Of a stretch of DNA of 64,000 bases, positions 11,348-21,559 are shown one piece after another. Below the pieces are notes generated by a model. It saw only the letters and a program-made list of their open reading frames with translations, made no database searches and was not told where the DNA came from. Position 1 is the stretch's first letter. The number at the start of each line of letters is the position of its first letter. The stretch covers positions 2,592,001-2,656,000 of the forward strand of contig OZ243913.1 of the NCBI GenBank assembly GCA_965213705.1, read 5' to 3'. Both the position numbers and the translations under genes were made by a program. The DNA is from Trueperaceae bacterium. Lineage in GTDB: Bacteria > Deinococcota > Deinococci > Deinococcales > Trueperaceae.

Positions 11348-12283
11348 CTACTCGGGTACCCCGTCGGGGCGCTCGAGCGCGTCGCCGCGACCCAATACTT
11401 TCAAAAGGCGGTCGGGGCGGTCGGTTATAATGCCGTCGACGCCCCAGTCGACCAGCCGGGCCATGTCGGCGGCATCGTCGACGGTCCAGACGTGGACCTG
11501 AACGTTTTTTCGGTGGGCGGCGCGGATAAGTCGGCGCGTTACCAACCGTAAGTTGCCCTGTGCTTCGGGAACTTGCAGCGCCTGGGCCTGCGGCAGATAA
11601 ACGCGGTCTAGAAAAAGCGTGGTGAGAATAAAGAACGTGCGGATTTCGTTGGGTGTGGCGGCGGTCGCGACGTCGGGGCAGCGCTCGCGGAAGGCCCTTG
11701 TAGCTGCGTCGTAAAACGAGACGACGAGGGTCGTGTCCTCACGACCGTACCTTTCAACAAGGTCGCACAAGGGTCCGACGATGTCGGGGTCGGTCTGCTT
11801 GATTTCCACGTTGACGCGCGTGTCGGGAAACGCCTCGAAGACCTCTTCCAACGTTGGAATCGTGATGCCTCGGCCCCGGTAGGGAAAGCTCTCCCCCGTT
11901 CGCTCGGGCGACCAGTCGTACCCAGCGTCGAGTTTTTTGAGTTCGGCGAGCGTTTTGTCTTTGACGAGGCCGCCGCCGTCGGTCGTGCGGTCAAGAGTGT
12001 CGTCGTGGATGACGACGAGCGCGCCGTCTTGTGCGGCGTGGACGTCCAGCTCGAGCACGTCCGCCCCCGCTGCAACCGCGCGCCGGAAGGCGTACAGCGT
12101 GTTGCTCGGCCACAAACCGTCGCCGCCCTGGTGCGCCATGACGAGCACACCGTCGCGGTCACCTTCGAAAAAAGGATGCGGCTCTGCGGGGCGTGCGGTG
12201 AGCGACAAGCCGACGTACGCTACGCCCAAAAGGACGAAGAGACCGAGCAGGCCGGTCAAAACGTGCTTTAGGGACAATCTCAC
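11348..12283 (-). CDS. Glycerophosphodiester phosphodiesterase with N-terminal membrane anchor (start probably GTG 12283)
   Basis: AHQGG, ELDVH, HD.TLDRTT and GVDGIITDRP motifs. Confidence 0.92.
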   Translation of the reverse strand: MRLSLKHVLTGLLGLFVLLGVAYVGLSLTARPAEPHPFFEGDRDGVLVMAHQGGDGLWPSNTLYAFRRAVAAGADVLELDVHAAQDGALVVIHDDTLDRTTDGGGLVKDKTLAELKKLDAGYDWSPERTGESFPYRGRGITIPTLEEVFEAFPDTRVNVEIKQTDPDIVGPLCDLVERYGREDTTLVVSFYDAATRAFRERCPDVATAATPNEIRTFFILTTLFLDRVYLPQAQALQVPEAQGNLRLVTRRLIRAAHRKNVQVHVWTVDDAADMARLVDWGVDGIITDRPDRLLKVLGRGDALERPDGVPE

Positions 12284-12392
12284 GGTGTCAGGCTCGAGGC
12301 GACGTGAGGAAAACGTAAAAATCGCACCTCGCCGCACCGTACTTCGTCAGGTGATGCCGAACCATTGTAAGTAGTCTAGCCCAGCCGGCATG

Positions 12393-12419
12393 AAAAAACC
12401 TCGCCGGAGCGAGGCTTTT
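12393..12419 (-). terminator. Intrinsic terminator after tmRNA
   Basis: CCTCGC/GCGAGG stem flanked by A6 (U-tract on the minus strand). Confidence 0.75.
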
Positions 12420-12420
12420 G

Positions 12421-12788
12421 TGGTGGAGGCGGGCGGAATTGAACCGCCGTCCGAAACACCCTTGGATAGGCGTCTACGCGTGTAGGTACTGAATTCATTG
12501 TCGGCGCGGGGCAAGCTCGGTACCAGACTTGAAACCTCGCGCTTAAACGTCTAAAATTTCGCCTTAAGTCCGACGTTGGAGACTTGCGGCTAGCCTACTT
12601 CGGGATGCTCGGTCCGGCGAACCATAGGCGGGGTTTCCGGTGAGCAGTGCTACCTAAACTTAGGCAGCTAGAGCAAAGCTCTGGTTGTTGTTGCCAGTTA
12701 ATGGCTTTGCAGCTTGATAACGCGGCCAGCTGCGTCCGCGACGCGCAACCTTACCCGCAAAGCGCCCCGTCGAAACCAGGTCGCCCCC
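12421..12788 (-). ncRNA. ssrA: tmRNA, tag peptide (A)GNNNQSFALAA
   Basis: 5' GGGGGCGACCTGGTTTCGAC, 3' GGTTCAATTCCGCCCGCCTCCACCA; tag ORF 12695-12660; TGnTACAAT promoter upstream. Confidence 0.97.
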
Positions 12789-12853
12789 AAGTGAGATGCA
12801 GGTATGATTGTAGCATGGTGTGATCGGTCTTGCTGACGCCCCGATTACCTCTA

Positions 12854-12915
12854 AGTACCGAGTCCAGAGTACCGAGTGGAAAGTGTTTTCTACTCGGTAC
12901 TTTCAACTCGGTACT
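12854..12915. repeat. AGTACCG-heptamer palindromic element
   Basis: AGTACCG AGTCCAG AGTACCG AGT ... ACTCGGT ACTTTCA ACTCGGT ACT. Confidence 0.85.
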
Positions 12916-12921
12916 GCCTGT

Positions 12922-13302
12922 TCAGGCTTTTTGCTCGTAGTACTCCGAAATGTTGTCGTAGACGTCGTCGGGAAAAGTCAGGTCTTGGTAGACGTTGCCC
13001 GCGTCCGGGTCGTCGGTGTTGGGGAGAATGGCGAAGTCTTGCTTTTCCTGGTAGCCGAGAATCGTTTCGCGGCTCGGCGGGCTGTAGTCTTTGGCCGAAA
13101 CTTGTTTGACGAGGGATTTGGCCTCGGCCTCGCCGAAGTCTTCGTCTTGGGCGAGGGTCTGGACGAGTTCGTCCTCGTCCACAAAGTGCCGCGCGATAAT
13201 TGCGAACACCAACCGGCCGTAGTGACCGATGTCTTGACCTTCGTCGAGCGCGTCCAACAGGTGCGTCATCATGCCGTTTTTTCGTAGGTCCTCGAGTGCC
13301 AT
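12922..13302 (-). CDS. Hypothetical acidic 126-aa protein resembling the primase large subunit C-terminal domain (start ATG 13302)
   Basis: AGGGG RBS; GQDIGHYGRLVFA...YSPPSRETI. Confidence 0.8.
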   Translation of the reverse strand: MALEDLRKNGMMTHLLDALDEGQDIGHYGRLVFAIIARHFVDEDELVQTLAQDEDFGEAEAKSLVKQVSAKDYSPPSRETILGYQEKQDFAILPNTDDPDAGNVYQDLTFPDDVYDNISEYYEQKA

Positions 13303-13407
13303 AAGTGCCCCTTTCGTGGTTGAGAGTACCTTATTTATTAAGGTCGACGTCGTAGTTGGCGTTACAAGTTTTAGTCCGGTAGGGCCCCAACAAGGTATGA
13401 TGACGCC

Positions 13408-14940
13408 ATGTCCACAGCCGTCGAGATGAGCAACATCACCAAACGCTTTCCGCTCGTGGTGGCGAACGACCACGTGGATTTCGCCGTGGAGTGGGGCGAG
13501 GTTCACGCACTCATTGGCGAAAACGGGGCGGGCAAAAGCACCCTCATGAAGATTTTGTACGGTCTGCAAGCGCCGGACGAGGGCGTCATCAAGGTGGACG
13601 GCGCGGCGGTGAGTTTCCGCTCACCCAAAGACGCGATTCGTCTCGGCATCGGCATGGTGCATCAACACTTTATGTTGGTCGAGCCGCTCACCGTCGCGGA
13701 AAACATCGTGCTCGGCTCGGAACCGTCGGCGGGCGTGGCGCTCGACTACCGGGCGGCTCGCGCCAAGACGAAAGAACTCATCGAACGCTTCGGCTTCGAC
13801 CTGTCGCCGGACACGAAAATCGAAGACTTGCCGCTGGGTTTGCAGCAGCAGGTCGAGATTCTGAAGACGCTCTACCGCCGGGCGCGCATCCTTATTATGG
13901 ACGAGCCCACGGCGGTGCTGACGCCGCAAGAAACGCGCGGTTTGTTCGCGTTCGTCCGCGAGTTCGCCGCCAGCGGCAACGCGGTCGTGTTTATCAGCCA
14001 CAAGCTCGACGAGGTCATGGAAATCTGCGACCGCATGAGCGTGATGCGCGACGGCCGGATGATAGGCACCGTGGCGCGCGCAGACACCGACCAACGCCAA
14101 CTCGCCAACATGATGGTCGGCCGCGAGGTGCTGCTGCAAGTGGAAAAAGCGCCCAGAGAGCCCGGCGAGGTGCGGCTCGAGCTGGACCGGGTCACCGTGC
14201 TGAGCCCGCTCAAGCAGCGCCCTATCGTCGGCGACGTGTCGTTTGCGGTGCGCGCCGGGGAAATCGTGGGAATTGCGGGCATAGAAGGAAACGGGCAGAG
14301 CGAACTCGTCGAGTGCATAGCGGGTTTGCGCCGCGCGGACGGTGGGGTGATTCGGCTCGAGGGCCGCGATACCACCTTCGAAACCGCCCAAACGCGCCGC
14401 GAAGAAGGTTTGAGCCACGTGCCCGAAGACCGCTTCGAACGCGGTCTGGTGCCGAGCTACTCGTCGGCGCTCAACACCGTCCTGGGCGACCACCACCACG
14501 CGCCGTTCGCCAACCGTTTGGGCTTTCTGAACGAGGGCTCGATCGAAAGTCACGCGCGGCGCCTGATAGACCAGTACGACGTGCGCCCCGCCTCGACGCG
14601 GGTCGCGGCGCAGGCCTACTCGGGCGGCAACGCCCAAAAACTCATCGTGGCTCGAGAGTTGGAGCGCAACCCCGACGTGCTGATTGCCGCCCAGCCGACC
14701 CGCGGCGTGGACATCGGCGCGATTGAATTCATCCACAAACAGATTGTCAAAGCGCGGGACAGCGGTTTGGCGGTGCTCCTCGTCTCCGCCGACTTGAACG
14801 AGGTCATGAGTTTGTCCGACCGCATTTTGGTGATGTTCGAGGGCCGCGTGATGGGCGAGCTGTCACAGAGCGAGGCGACGCCCGAAAAGCTAGGGTTGAT
14901 GATGGCGGGCTCCAAGGTGAGCGAAGGCGAAACAGCTTGA
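13408..14940 (+). CDS. Nucleoside/sugar ABC transporter ATP-binding protein (tandem ABC, NupA/YufO-like)
   Basis: [23 protein letters not shown] and QPTRGVD motifs; leaderless TATGAT-N6-ATG. Confidence 0.93.
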   Translation: MSTAVEMSNITKRFPLVVANDHVDFAVEWGEVHALIGENGAGKSTLMKILYGLQAPDEGVIKVDGAAVSFRSPKDAIRLGIGMVHQHFMLVEPLTVAENIVLGSEPSAGVALDYRAARAKTKELIERFGFDLSPDTKIEDLPLGLQQQVEILKTLYRRARILIMDEPTAVLTPQETRGLFAFVREFAASGNAVVFISHKLDEVMEICDRMSVMRDGRMIGTVARADTDQRQLANMMVGREVLLQVEKAPREPGEVRLELDRVTVLSPLKQRPIVGDVSFAVRAGEIVGIAGIEGNGQSELVECIAGLRRADGGVIRLEGRDTTFETAQTRREEGLSHVPEDRFERGLVPSYSSALNTVLGDHHHAPFANRLGFLNEGSIESHARRLIDQYDVRPASTRVAAQAYSGGNAQKLIVARELERNPDVLIAAQPTRGVDIGAIEFIHKQIVKARDSGLAVLLVSADLNEVMSLSDRILVMFEGRVMGELSQSEATPEKLGLMMAGSKVSEGETA

Positions 14941-14980
14941 GGCGCGACCGAGACAAGTTCGGGGCGAAACCCTCGTCGTC

Positions 14981-15277
14981 GTGACGGGCTGTGAACTCGT
15001 CTACGACATCCTGGGCGTCGCGACTGACGACCGGGCGTTGCTGGCGGAGTTTCGCGACGAGGTCGAAGGGCGTCTCACGCACGTAAAAGCCGTCGACGTT
15101 CGCACTGTCGACGGCGGTGTGCGTTTGCAAATTGCGGTGTACGACATCGAACCGTTCGCTCAAAACAACTTCGAGTCGTTCGTTTACGACCACGCCGTTG
15201 GGGACTCGACCCACGCGTACTTTGAAATAGCCGCAGAAAGCATTACGATCAAACTGGCGTCAGAGCGCTATACCTGA
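14981..15277 (+). CDS. Hypothetical acidic protein
   Basis: 98-aa ORF filling the gap between genes; no recognised motif. Confidence 0.5.
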   Translation: MTGCELVYDILGVATDDRALLAEFRDEVEGRLTHVKAVDVRTVDGGVRLQIAVYDIEPFAQNNFESFVYDHAVGDSTHAYFEIAAESITIKLASERYT

Positions 15278-15327
15278 ACCCAAACCGCTCGGTACAACCC
15301 GCGGCTCACACAAAAAGCGAACCGGTG

Positions 15328-16377
15328 CTAAACCGACGTGCGGTCGAACAGCGCCAAAAACGGCGTACCGCTCTTGCCCTGCTCGGTGAGCAAACCCAGG
15401 AGTTTGTACTTGACGCCGTCACTGCACGCCCGGTGGGTAAGGACTTGCATGGCGAGTTCGGTAGCGCGGCTGGTGTGGCCCTCGCTCAGCAGGTGCTCGA
15501 CAAGGTCGACGATCGCACCGAAGGCGTGAGCCGACGAGACGCGTTTCGAGATGACGATTTCGTCGCCGCCGCCCGTGTTGCCCAAGTTGAGCAGGCGCAC
15601 GTTCGGGTCGAGGAGCAGTTTGGAGAGGGCGTCACCGTCGTTGCCGCTGAACGCTTCCAAACCTTCCTTACCGGGTTCACAGTCCGAAGTCAGCTCTGCG
15701 AACAGGCGTTCGGTTTCGGCACCGACCCCGAACACGAACTCGTTGCCGAAGGCTTGTTTGAAACGGCTCAAAAAGCCGAGCGCGACCGAACGGTGGCCGA
15801 ACAGGTAGGTGTTGCGAGCGTAGCAGCGGGCCGCTTCTTCGGAAAACGGAGCGTAGTTGAGGAGGGTGCGGGCGGCTTCGGCGGCCTCGGCGTGGTTGCC
15901 GGAGTTCTCTAATTCGGTTGCGTACTGGAGCGCTACCACTGCAAAGGTGTCCACGAGTGCGCGGCGTTCGGTCGTCAGCCACTCGTCGTAGCTCAGCGAG
16001 TCCGACGCGTCCAAACCGGCTGCCAACTCACCCTGGAACAGTCGGTACGCGTCGCCCCAGCGCTGCGCCGACTTGGCGGCGCGGAAGTGGGCTAAGTCGG
16101 TCGGCACTTGCCATCTCACGCGGGTGCGTTCTATCTCGAGGCCCTCGGCCCAAGGCAGCGACCGCGCCGCCGCCAAAAGTTTGCGCAAGTAGTGCAGGGC
16201 GGTGTCGTTGTCCGCGTCCGGGCGAAAGAAAAAAGCGAGTTCCTGGCGGGTCAGCCAGTCGCCGTAGTAACCCAGGTAAACGAGCAGCCAACTCACCCGC
16301 GTGGGCGGCAGGTCGGTGACCGTGGCTCCCTCAAAGACGGGTGTGCCCAACAGCTTAAGCACAGACGGCGTCCTCAC
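15328..16377 (-). CDS. SARP/AfsR-like transcriptional activator (wHTH + BTAD) with vestigial ATPase start (start probably GTG 16377)
   Basis: LKLLGTP..., LLVYL...WLTRQELA, TDLAHFR, YDEWLTTERRAL and PFSEEA motifs. Confidence 0.8.
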   Translation of the reverse strand: MRTPSVLKLLGTPVFEGATVTDLPPTRVSWLLVYLGYYGDWLTRQELAFFFRPDADNDTALHYLRKLLAAARSLPWAEGLEIERTRVRWQVPTDLAHFRAAKSAQRWGDAYRLFQGELAAGLDASDSLSYDEWLTTERRALVDTFAVVALQYATELENSGNHAEAAEAARTLLNYAPFSEEAARCYARNTYLFGHRSVALGFLSRFKQAFGNEFVFGVGAETERLFAELTSDCEPGKEGLEAFSGNDGDALSKLLLDPNVRLLNLGNTGGGDEIVISKRVSSAHAFGAIVDLVEHLLSEGHTSRATELAMQVLTHRACSDGVKYKLLGLLTEQGKSGTPFLALFDRTSV

Positions 16378-16634
16378 AAAAATCGACCCCGTTGAGATAG
16401 GACGGCACCGGGACGGGCGCGGCCCCCACCCGGCACGCGTAAAGCCTGTCGTGAGCGAGGTTGGGTTGAAAAAGTGGGCACATAACGTTCCTAAGAAGAC
16501 GAGAGAAAGAGCTTGAATCTTGGACGAATCGCGCGTTCTCGAGCTGAAACCAGCATAGCCGAAGTTCTCATTTTTCTCACCCCAACGGTCACAACAGCCC
16601 TGAGAACACCGGGGCGTCCTGGGGTCCTGCACCT

Positions 16635-16673
16635 GGGACGCTAGGGGGACGCTGCGTCTGTCACCATGCCGAC
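16635..16673 (+). promoter_or_regulatory. Putative SARP-activated leaderless promoter
   Basis: GGGACGCT at 16635-16642 and 16646-16653 (11-bp period), 8 nt to TGt-CACCAT -10-like box 16662-16667, 6 nt to ATG 16674. Confidence 0.55.
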
Positions 16674-16862
16674 ATGTCCAGCGACACACGTTTAGCCAGC
16701 TACCTCGTCCGTTTGGAAAAAAACGGCGTTCAACTGACCATCACGGTGCAGAACATCCGCACCCGCGCCGTTGCCATCGTCGAAAGTTACCCCGAACTGC
16801 TCAGTACGCTTCAGCACGACTTAGCGGCGACGCCGACCACCCAAGAGGAGACAGGACGCTAG
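16674..16862 (+). CDS. Small hypothetical protein (62 aa) divergent from the BTAD regulator
   Basis: ASYLVRLE...ITVQNIRT...ESYPELL; leaderless geometry. Confidence 0.7.
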   Translation: MSSDTRLASYLVRLEKNGVQLTITVQNIRTRAVAIVESYPELLSTLQHDLAATPTTQEETGR

Positions 16863-16884
16863 CGGGACGACACCTTTCCTAAGC

Positions 16885-17637
16885 TTGTCTGCGACGCCGA
16901 CCGGTGGCGAACCCCATACGACCGGTCCGGCACCTCGAAGTCGGAGGCCGTTACCGTCGTCGTTGCGCCGCAGGAGACGGGTTCGGACGTCGGTGTCGAC
17001 GTCCGAACCCGACGTCTCGCTCGTCACCGTGACCGTCAAGGCGACGAACGTGGCGACCGACACGACGAACGTCGTCGCCAAGATAGCCAAGGTCGCGTCC
17101 GGCGTGACCACGACCGACCTGCAAGCGAGCTATACCGTGTCGCTTTACAAAGTGACGGGCGGCGAGTGGCAGGCCAGTCTCGAGCTGACCCGGGACACCA
17201 AGTATTCGCTGCACCTGTTCGTCAACGACGCAGCCGCAGGTAGCCCCGTCACCTTTACCCCGAGCGCCGCCGCTAAAACCGTCAGCGTGAGCGGCGGCGC
17301 GACGCGCACCAACACGAACCCCGTTGCGGTCAACGACGGCACACCGACCAACCCGAAAGTCGTGTTCGTCGACACGGCCGAAACCTTCGACGTGCTCGCC
17401 AACGACACCAACGCGGACGGTGACAGCCTCGTCATCGTGAGCACCACCGCACCTCAGCAAAACGGCGCGGTCAACGGCACCGTCACCATCGCCGCCGACG
17501 GCAAAAGCTTGACCTACAAGGGTCCGGCGGCGACCACCAGTCAATTGACCACGTTCAACTACACCGATTCGGACGGACACGGCGGCGCCGCTACCGCCAC
17601 GGTCTACGTGTTCGTGCAGAGCGGCGGAAGTTTCTAA
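16885..17637 (+). pseudogene. Ig-like/cadherin-like surface protein with eroded 5' end
   Basis: NTNPVAVND...FDVLANDTNADGDSLVI...FNYTDSDGHGG Ig-like motif; no signal peptide or good start; frame discontinuity near 16990. Confidence 0.6.
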
Positions 17638-17647
17638 CCGCCAACGT

Positions 17648-17677
17648 CCGAGGGCGCGCTGTTTAGCGCGCCCTCGG
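17648..17677. other. 13-bp intergenic hairpin without U-tract
   Basis: CCGAGGGCGCGCT-GTTT-AGCGCGCCCTCGG. Confidence 0.7.
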
Positions 17678-17740
17678 CACGTCCGTACACGAGTCCGCAC
17701 ACGAACGCCCCCCTTAACCCTCTCACTCTTAAGGACGGTC

Positions 17741-19900
17741 ATGAAACGCACCAACCTATTTTTCCTGGTCCTGCTGTTATTGGCAAGTTGCTCCCGGCAA
17801 CCGGCTCCACAAACGCCCGCCCCGGACGCTGCTGACGCTGTCCGCGCTTTAGGAGACGTGAGGGTTACTTTTCAGGTGGAGGGCGGCGCACCCGTGGCCG
17901 AGTTGCGTGAGGGTCTCGAGACCCAAGCCACAGGGTTGAGCTTCAGCCCCACACCTGTGTCCAAAGGCTTGGTCGACCAGGCCGGCGTTCGCTACCTCTA
18001 CACCGTCTTCGAAGCTACCAACACCTCAGCTGAGGTTCTGAACAACGTCGACCTCTTCGCCGTTTACGTCGACACCGACAACACCCGCAACCTCGCAGGC
18101 ACCGCCGTCGCCGACCTCCGCGACGCGCTAGGGGTGAGGCTCGACGACCCCGCCTTCGCCCGCTCCATCCGCCCCACCCACCGTATGCAAGACGACAGCG
18201 GCACCTTGTCGGTCAAACAAGACGAAGCCGACTTCCAAGCCTTCACCCCCGACCAGGTCATGGACGCGCAGAGTCGCATCCTGGCGTTCAACCAACTGCT
18301 CGACTACGGTTATTCGCTGCGGGCTGGCAACGGTTCGCGCACGCTCGCCCCGGGGGCCAAGGGTTACGTGAGTTTTGCTATCAAGTTTCCCTACGACCCC
18401 GAGCGTTCGGCTGCGTTTCCTTTCAGCTTTGTGCTGACCTACCAGGCTTTTGCCACCCCTAACAACCAAACCACCCGCAGTCCCGAAGAAGGTGCCGACT
18501 TGACGGCGGTTTGTGCTCGAGCTGTGCAGCGTTCAGCCACGCGCGTCATCGCGTTGGGGTCGGCGGCGAGTGTTCCCGCCAACTGTCCGGTCGTCGTCTT
18601 GCAAGACGTGAAGATTGCCCAGCCGGTCGGCACTTTGCCCGCTTTGTACCTGCTCGGCCAAGGAGCCGACACCACCGCTCCGGCTGTTCCTACAGGTTTA
18701 CGTGCAACCCCCGGTGACGCCCAGGTCGCGCTCAGTTGGGATGTTCATGCCGAGGCCGACGTGGCGGGTTACCTGCTCTACCGCGACGGGACAGAAGTCT
18801 ACAGCGGCGACGCGCCCAGCTACACCGACACCGGGCTCGTCAACGGCGCAAGTTACGCCTACACCCTAGCGGCTTTTGACACTTCGGGCAACGTCTCAAG
18901 CGTTTCTGCGCCTGTCACGGCCACGCCCGAAGCCAACGCCGTCGTCGGCCTCAAGGTCAACTTTCAGAGTGAAACAGCGCCTGTGCCCGCAGGCTACTTC
19001 AGGGACTTCGGCCAAGCCTTCGGGCTTAGGTCGGCCGCTGACCAGGGCGGGGGAATGTTTCAGTTTGGGTGGGTGCAAGAGAGCGACCTCAGCACGCCCC
19101 TCGACCTGACCCTGAACGGGGCCGACCGCAACCGCGCCGGCGTCGACCAGCGTTTCGACACGGTCATGCACATGCAGTACACCGCAGCCGGCAACCGCAC
19201 CAAGGTTCCGGGCGCGTGGGCCGTCAACCTGCCCAACGGCGTTTACCAAGTCACGGTCGGCGTCGGCGACGCGCCGAGCAGCACCAACGGTTACGACAGC
19301 CTGAACGCCGTCAACCTAGAGGGCGGCGTGCTCATCGAGGGCTTTCAAGCGACGGGTGCGCAAGAATACCTTACAGCGACCGCACTCGTCGGCGTCACCG
19401 ACGGCAGGCTGATTTTAGACGCCCGCGGCGGCAGCAACACCAAACTCGACTACGTCGACATCGTGTCACAGTCGTCGGCCCCGTTCGTTGCCGAAATCAA
19501 CCCGCAAAACCGCGCTGCGAACCACGGCGTCGAAGACGGCGTGGCGGCGGGCGTGTTCGTGCCGGGCCTGGGCGTCGGCGTGGCCTCCGCCACCCTGCAG
19601 GGCAACGTCCAACTCGTCAAGGTCTCGACCGGCGCGCTCGTCGCCGGCTCGACGGGTTCGACCGGCGGCAACGACGCCATCACCTTCGCGCCAGCGCAAC
19701 CGCTCGAGCCCTCAAATAAACGTCCCGGACCACAAAAAGTCGGGGTCCGGGACGTTTGCGAAACACACCCTCGAGACTCAAAAGCAAAAACAGCTTACTC
19801 GAACATCTCGGCGACGGGCAAACGCCAGCCCGGCACCGTTTCGCCCCCGTCCGCAACATCGGCTTCGGTCAAGACGGTAATATCAGTGAGGCTGCGGTGA
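17741..19900 (+). CDS. Lipoprotein with fibronectin-III and carbohydrate-binding-like domains; C-terminally truncated at ~19715
   Basis: Lipobox LLASC; FN3 DTTAPAVPTGL..GYLLYRDG..YTDTGL; KVNFQ...NGVYQVTVGVGD module; last ~60 codons run through a terminator and into Uma2 antisense. Confidence 0.8.
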   Translation: MKRTNLFFLVLLLLASCSRQPAPQTPAPDAADAVRALGDVRVTFQVEGGAPVAELREGLETQATGLSFSPTPVSKGLVDQAGVRYLYTVFEATNTSAEVLNNVDLFAVYVDTDNTRNLAGTAVADLRDALGVRLDDPAFARSIRPTHRMQDDSGTLSVKQDEADFQAFTPDQVMDAQSRILAFNQLLDYGYSLRAGNGSRTLAPGAKGYVSFAIKFPYDPERSAAFPFSFVLTYQAFATPNNQTTRSPEEGADLTAVCARAVQRSATRVIALGSAASVPANCPVVVLQDVKIAQPVGTLPALYLLGQGADTTAPAVPTGLRATPGDAQVALSWDVHAEADVAGYLLYRDGTEVYSGDAPSYTDTGLVNGASYAYTLAAFDTSGNVSSVSAPVTATPEANAVVGLKVNFQSETAPVPAGYFRDFGQAFGLRSAADQGGGMFQFGWVQESDLSTPLDLTLNGADRNRAGVDQRFDTVMHMQYTAAGNRTKVPGAWAVNLPNGVYQVTVGVGDAPSSTNGYDSLNAVNLEGGVLIEGFQATGAQEYLTATALVGVTDGRLILDARGGSNTKLDYVDIVSQSSAPFVAEINPQNRAANHGVEDGVAAGVFVPGLGVGVASATLQGNVQLVKVSTGALVAGSTGSTGGNDAITFAPAQPLEPSNKRPGPQKVGVRDVCETHPRDSKAKTAYSNISATGKRQPGTVSPPSATSASVKTVISVRLR
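19718..19757 (-). terminator. Terminator hairpin downstream of Uma2
   Basis: Perfect 14-bp inverted repeat AAACGTCCCGGACC / GGTCCGGGACGTTT. Confidence 0.75.
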
Positions 19901-20343
19901 ACCTTCAGGGTGCGTTGGCGGGGGTTGACGACCCAGACCAGTTTCGTTCCCGCGTTGAGCCACTCAGCCACTTTTTCCTCGACCTCTGCGTAGACGTCGC
20001 CGGGTGACACGACTTCGACCGCCAGGTCGGGGGCACCCGGAAAGTAGCCTTTGCGGTTCAGGTTGGTCAGGCGCTCCTTGCTGACGAAAGCGACGTCCGG
20101 CGCGCGGACGGTGTCGGGGTCGCGAGAGAGAACAAAGCCTGTTTCCGCAGCGTAAATTCGGCCCAGGTTTTTCTGTTTTATGTACATACCCAAAGGTACG
20201 GCGATGTTCATCGCCACACCGCCGTGCTCATGTCCTGCCGGTGCCATTTTCCTCAACTCTCCCCGGACCAGTTCGTACCGAAAGCCGTCGCTGGGCATCG
20301 TCAGCAGGTCTTGCGCGGTCATGAGCTTTTCTGTGACTGCCAT
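19795..20343 (-). CDS. Uma2 family (DUF820) PD-(D/E)XK protein (start ATG 20343)
   Basis: RYELVRGEL, VRAPDVAFV and APDLAVEVVSP motifs. Confidence 0.92.
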   Translation of the reverse strand: MAVTEKLMTAQDLLTMPSDGFRYELVRGELRKMAPAGHEHGGVAMNIAVPLGMYIKQKNLGRIYAAETGFVLSRDPDTVRAPDVAFVSKERLTNLNRKGYFPGAPDLAVEVVSPGDVYAEVEEKVAEWLNAGTKLVWVVNPRQRTLKVHRSLTDITVLTEADVADGGETVPGWRLPVAEMFE

Positions 20344-20383
20344 ATCGACCTCACTTGCTCGAGTATAGTGCAAAAGCTTTCGT

Positions 20384-21558
<1,175 letters not shown>

Positions 21559-21559
<1 letters not shown>

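Noticed and set aside
12421..12788. tmRNA or tRNA-Ala (25350-25425) as integration sites of an island
   Set aside because: No integrase and no duplicated 3' end seen in the window
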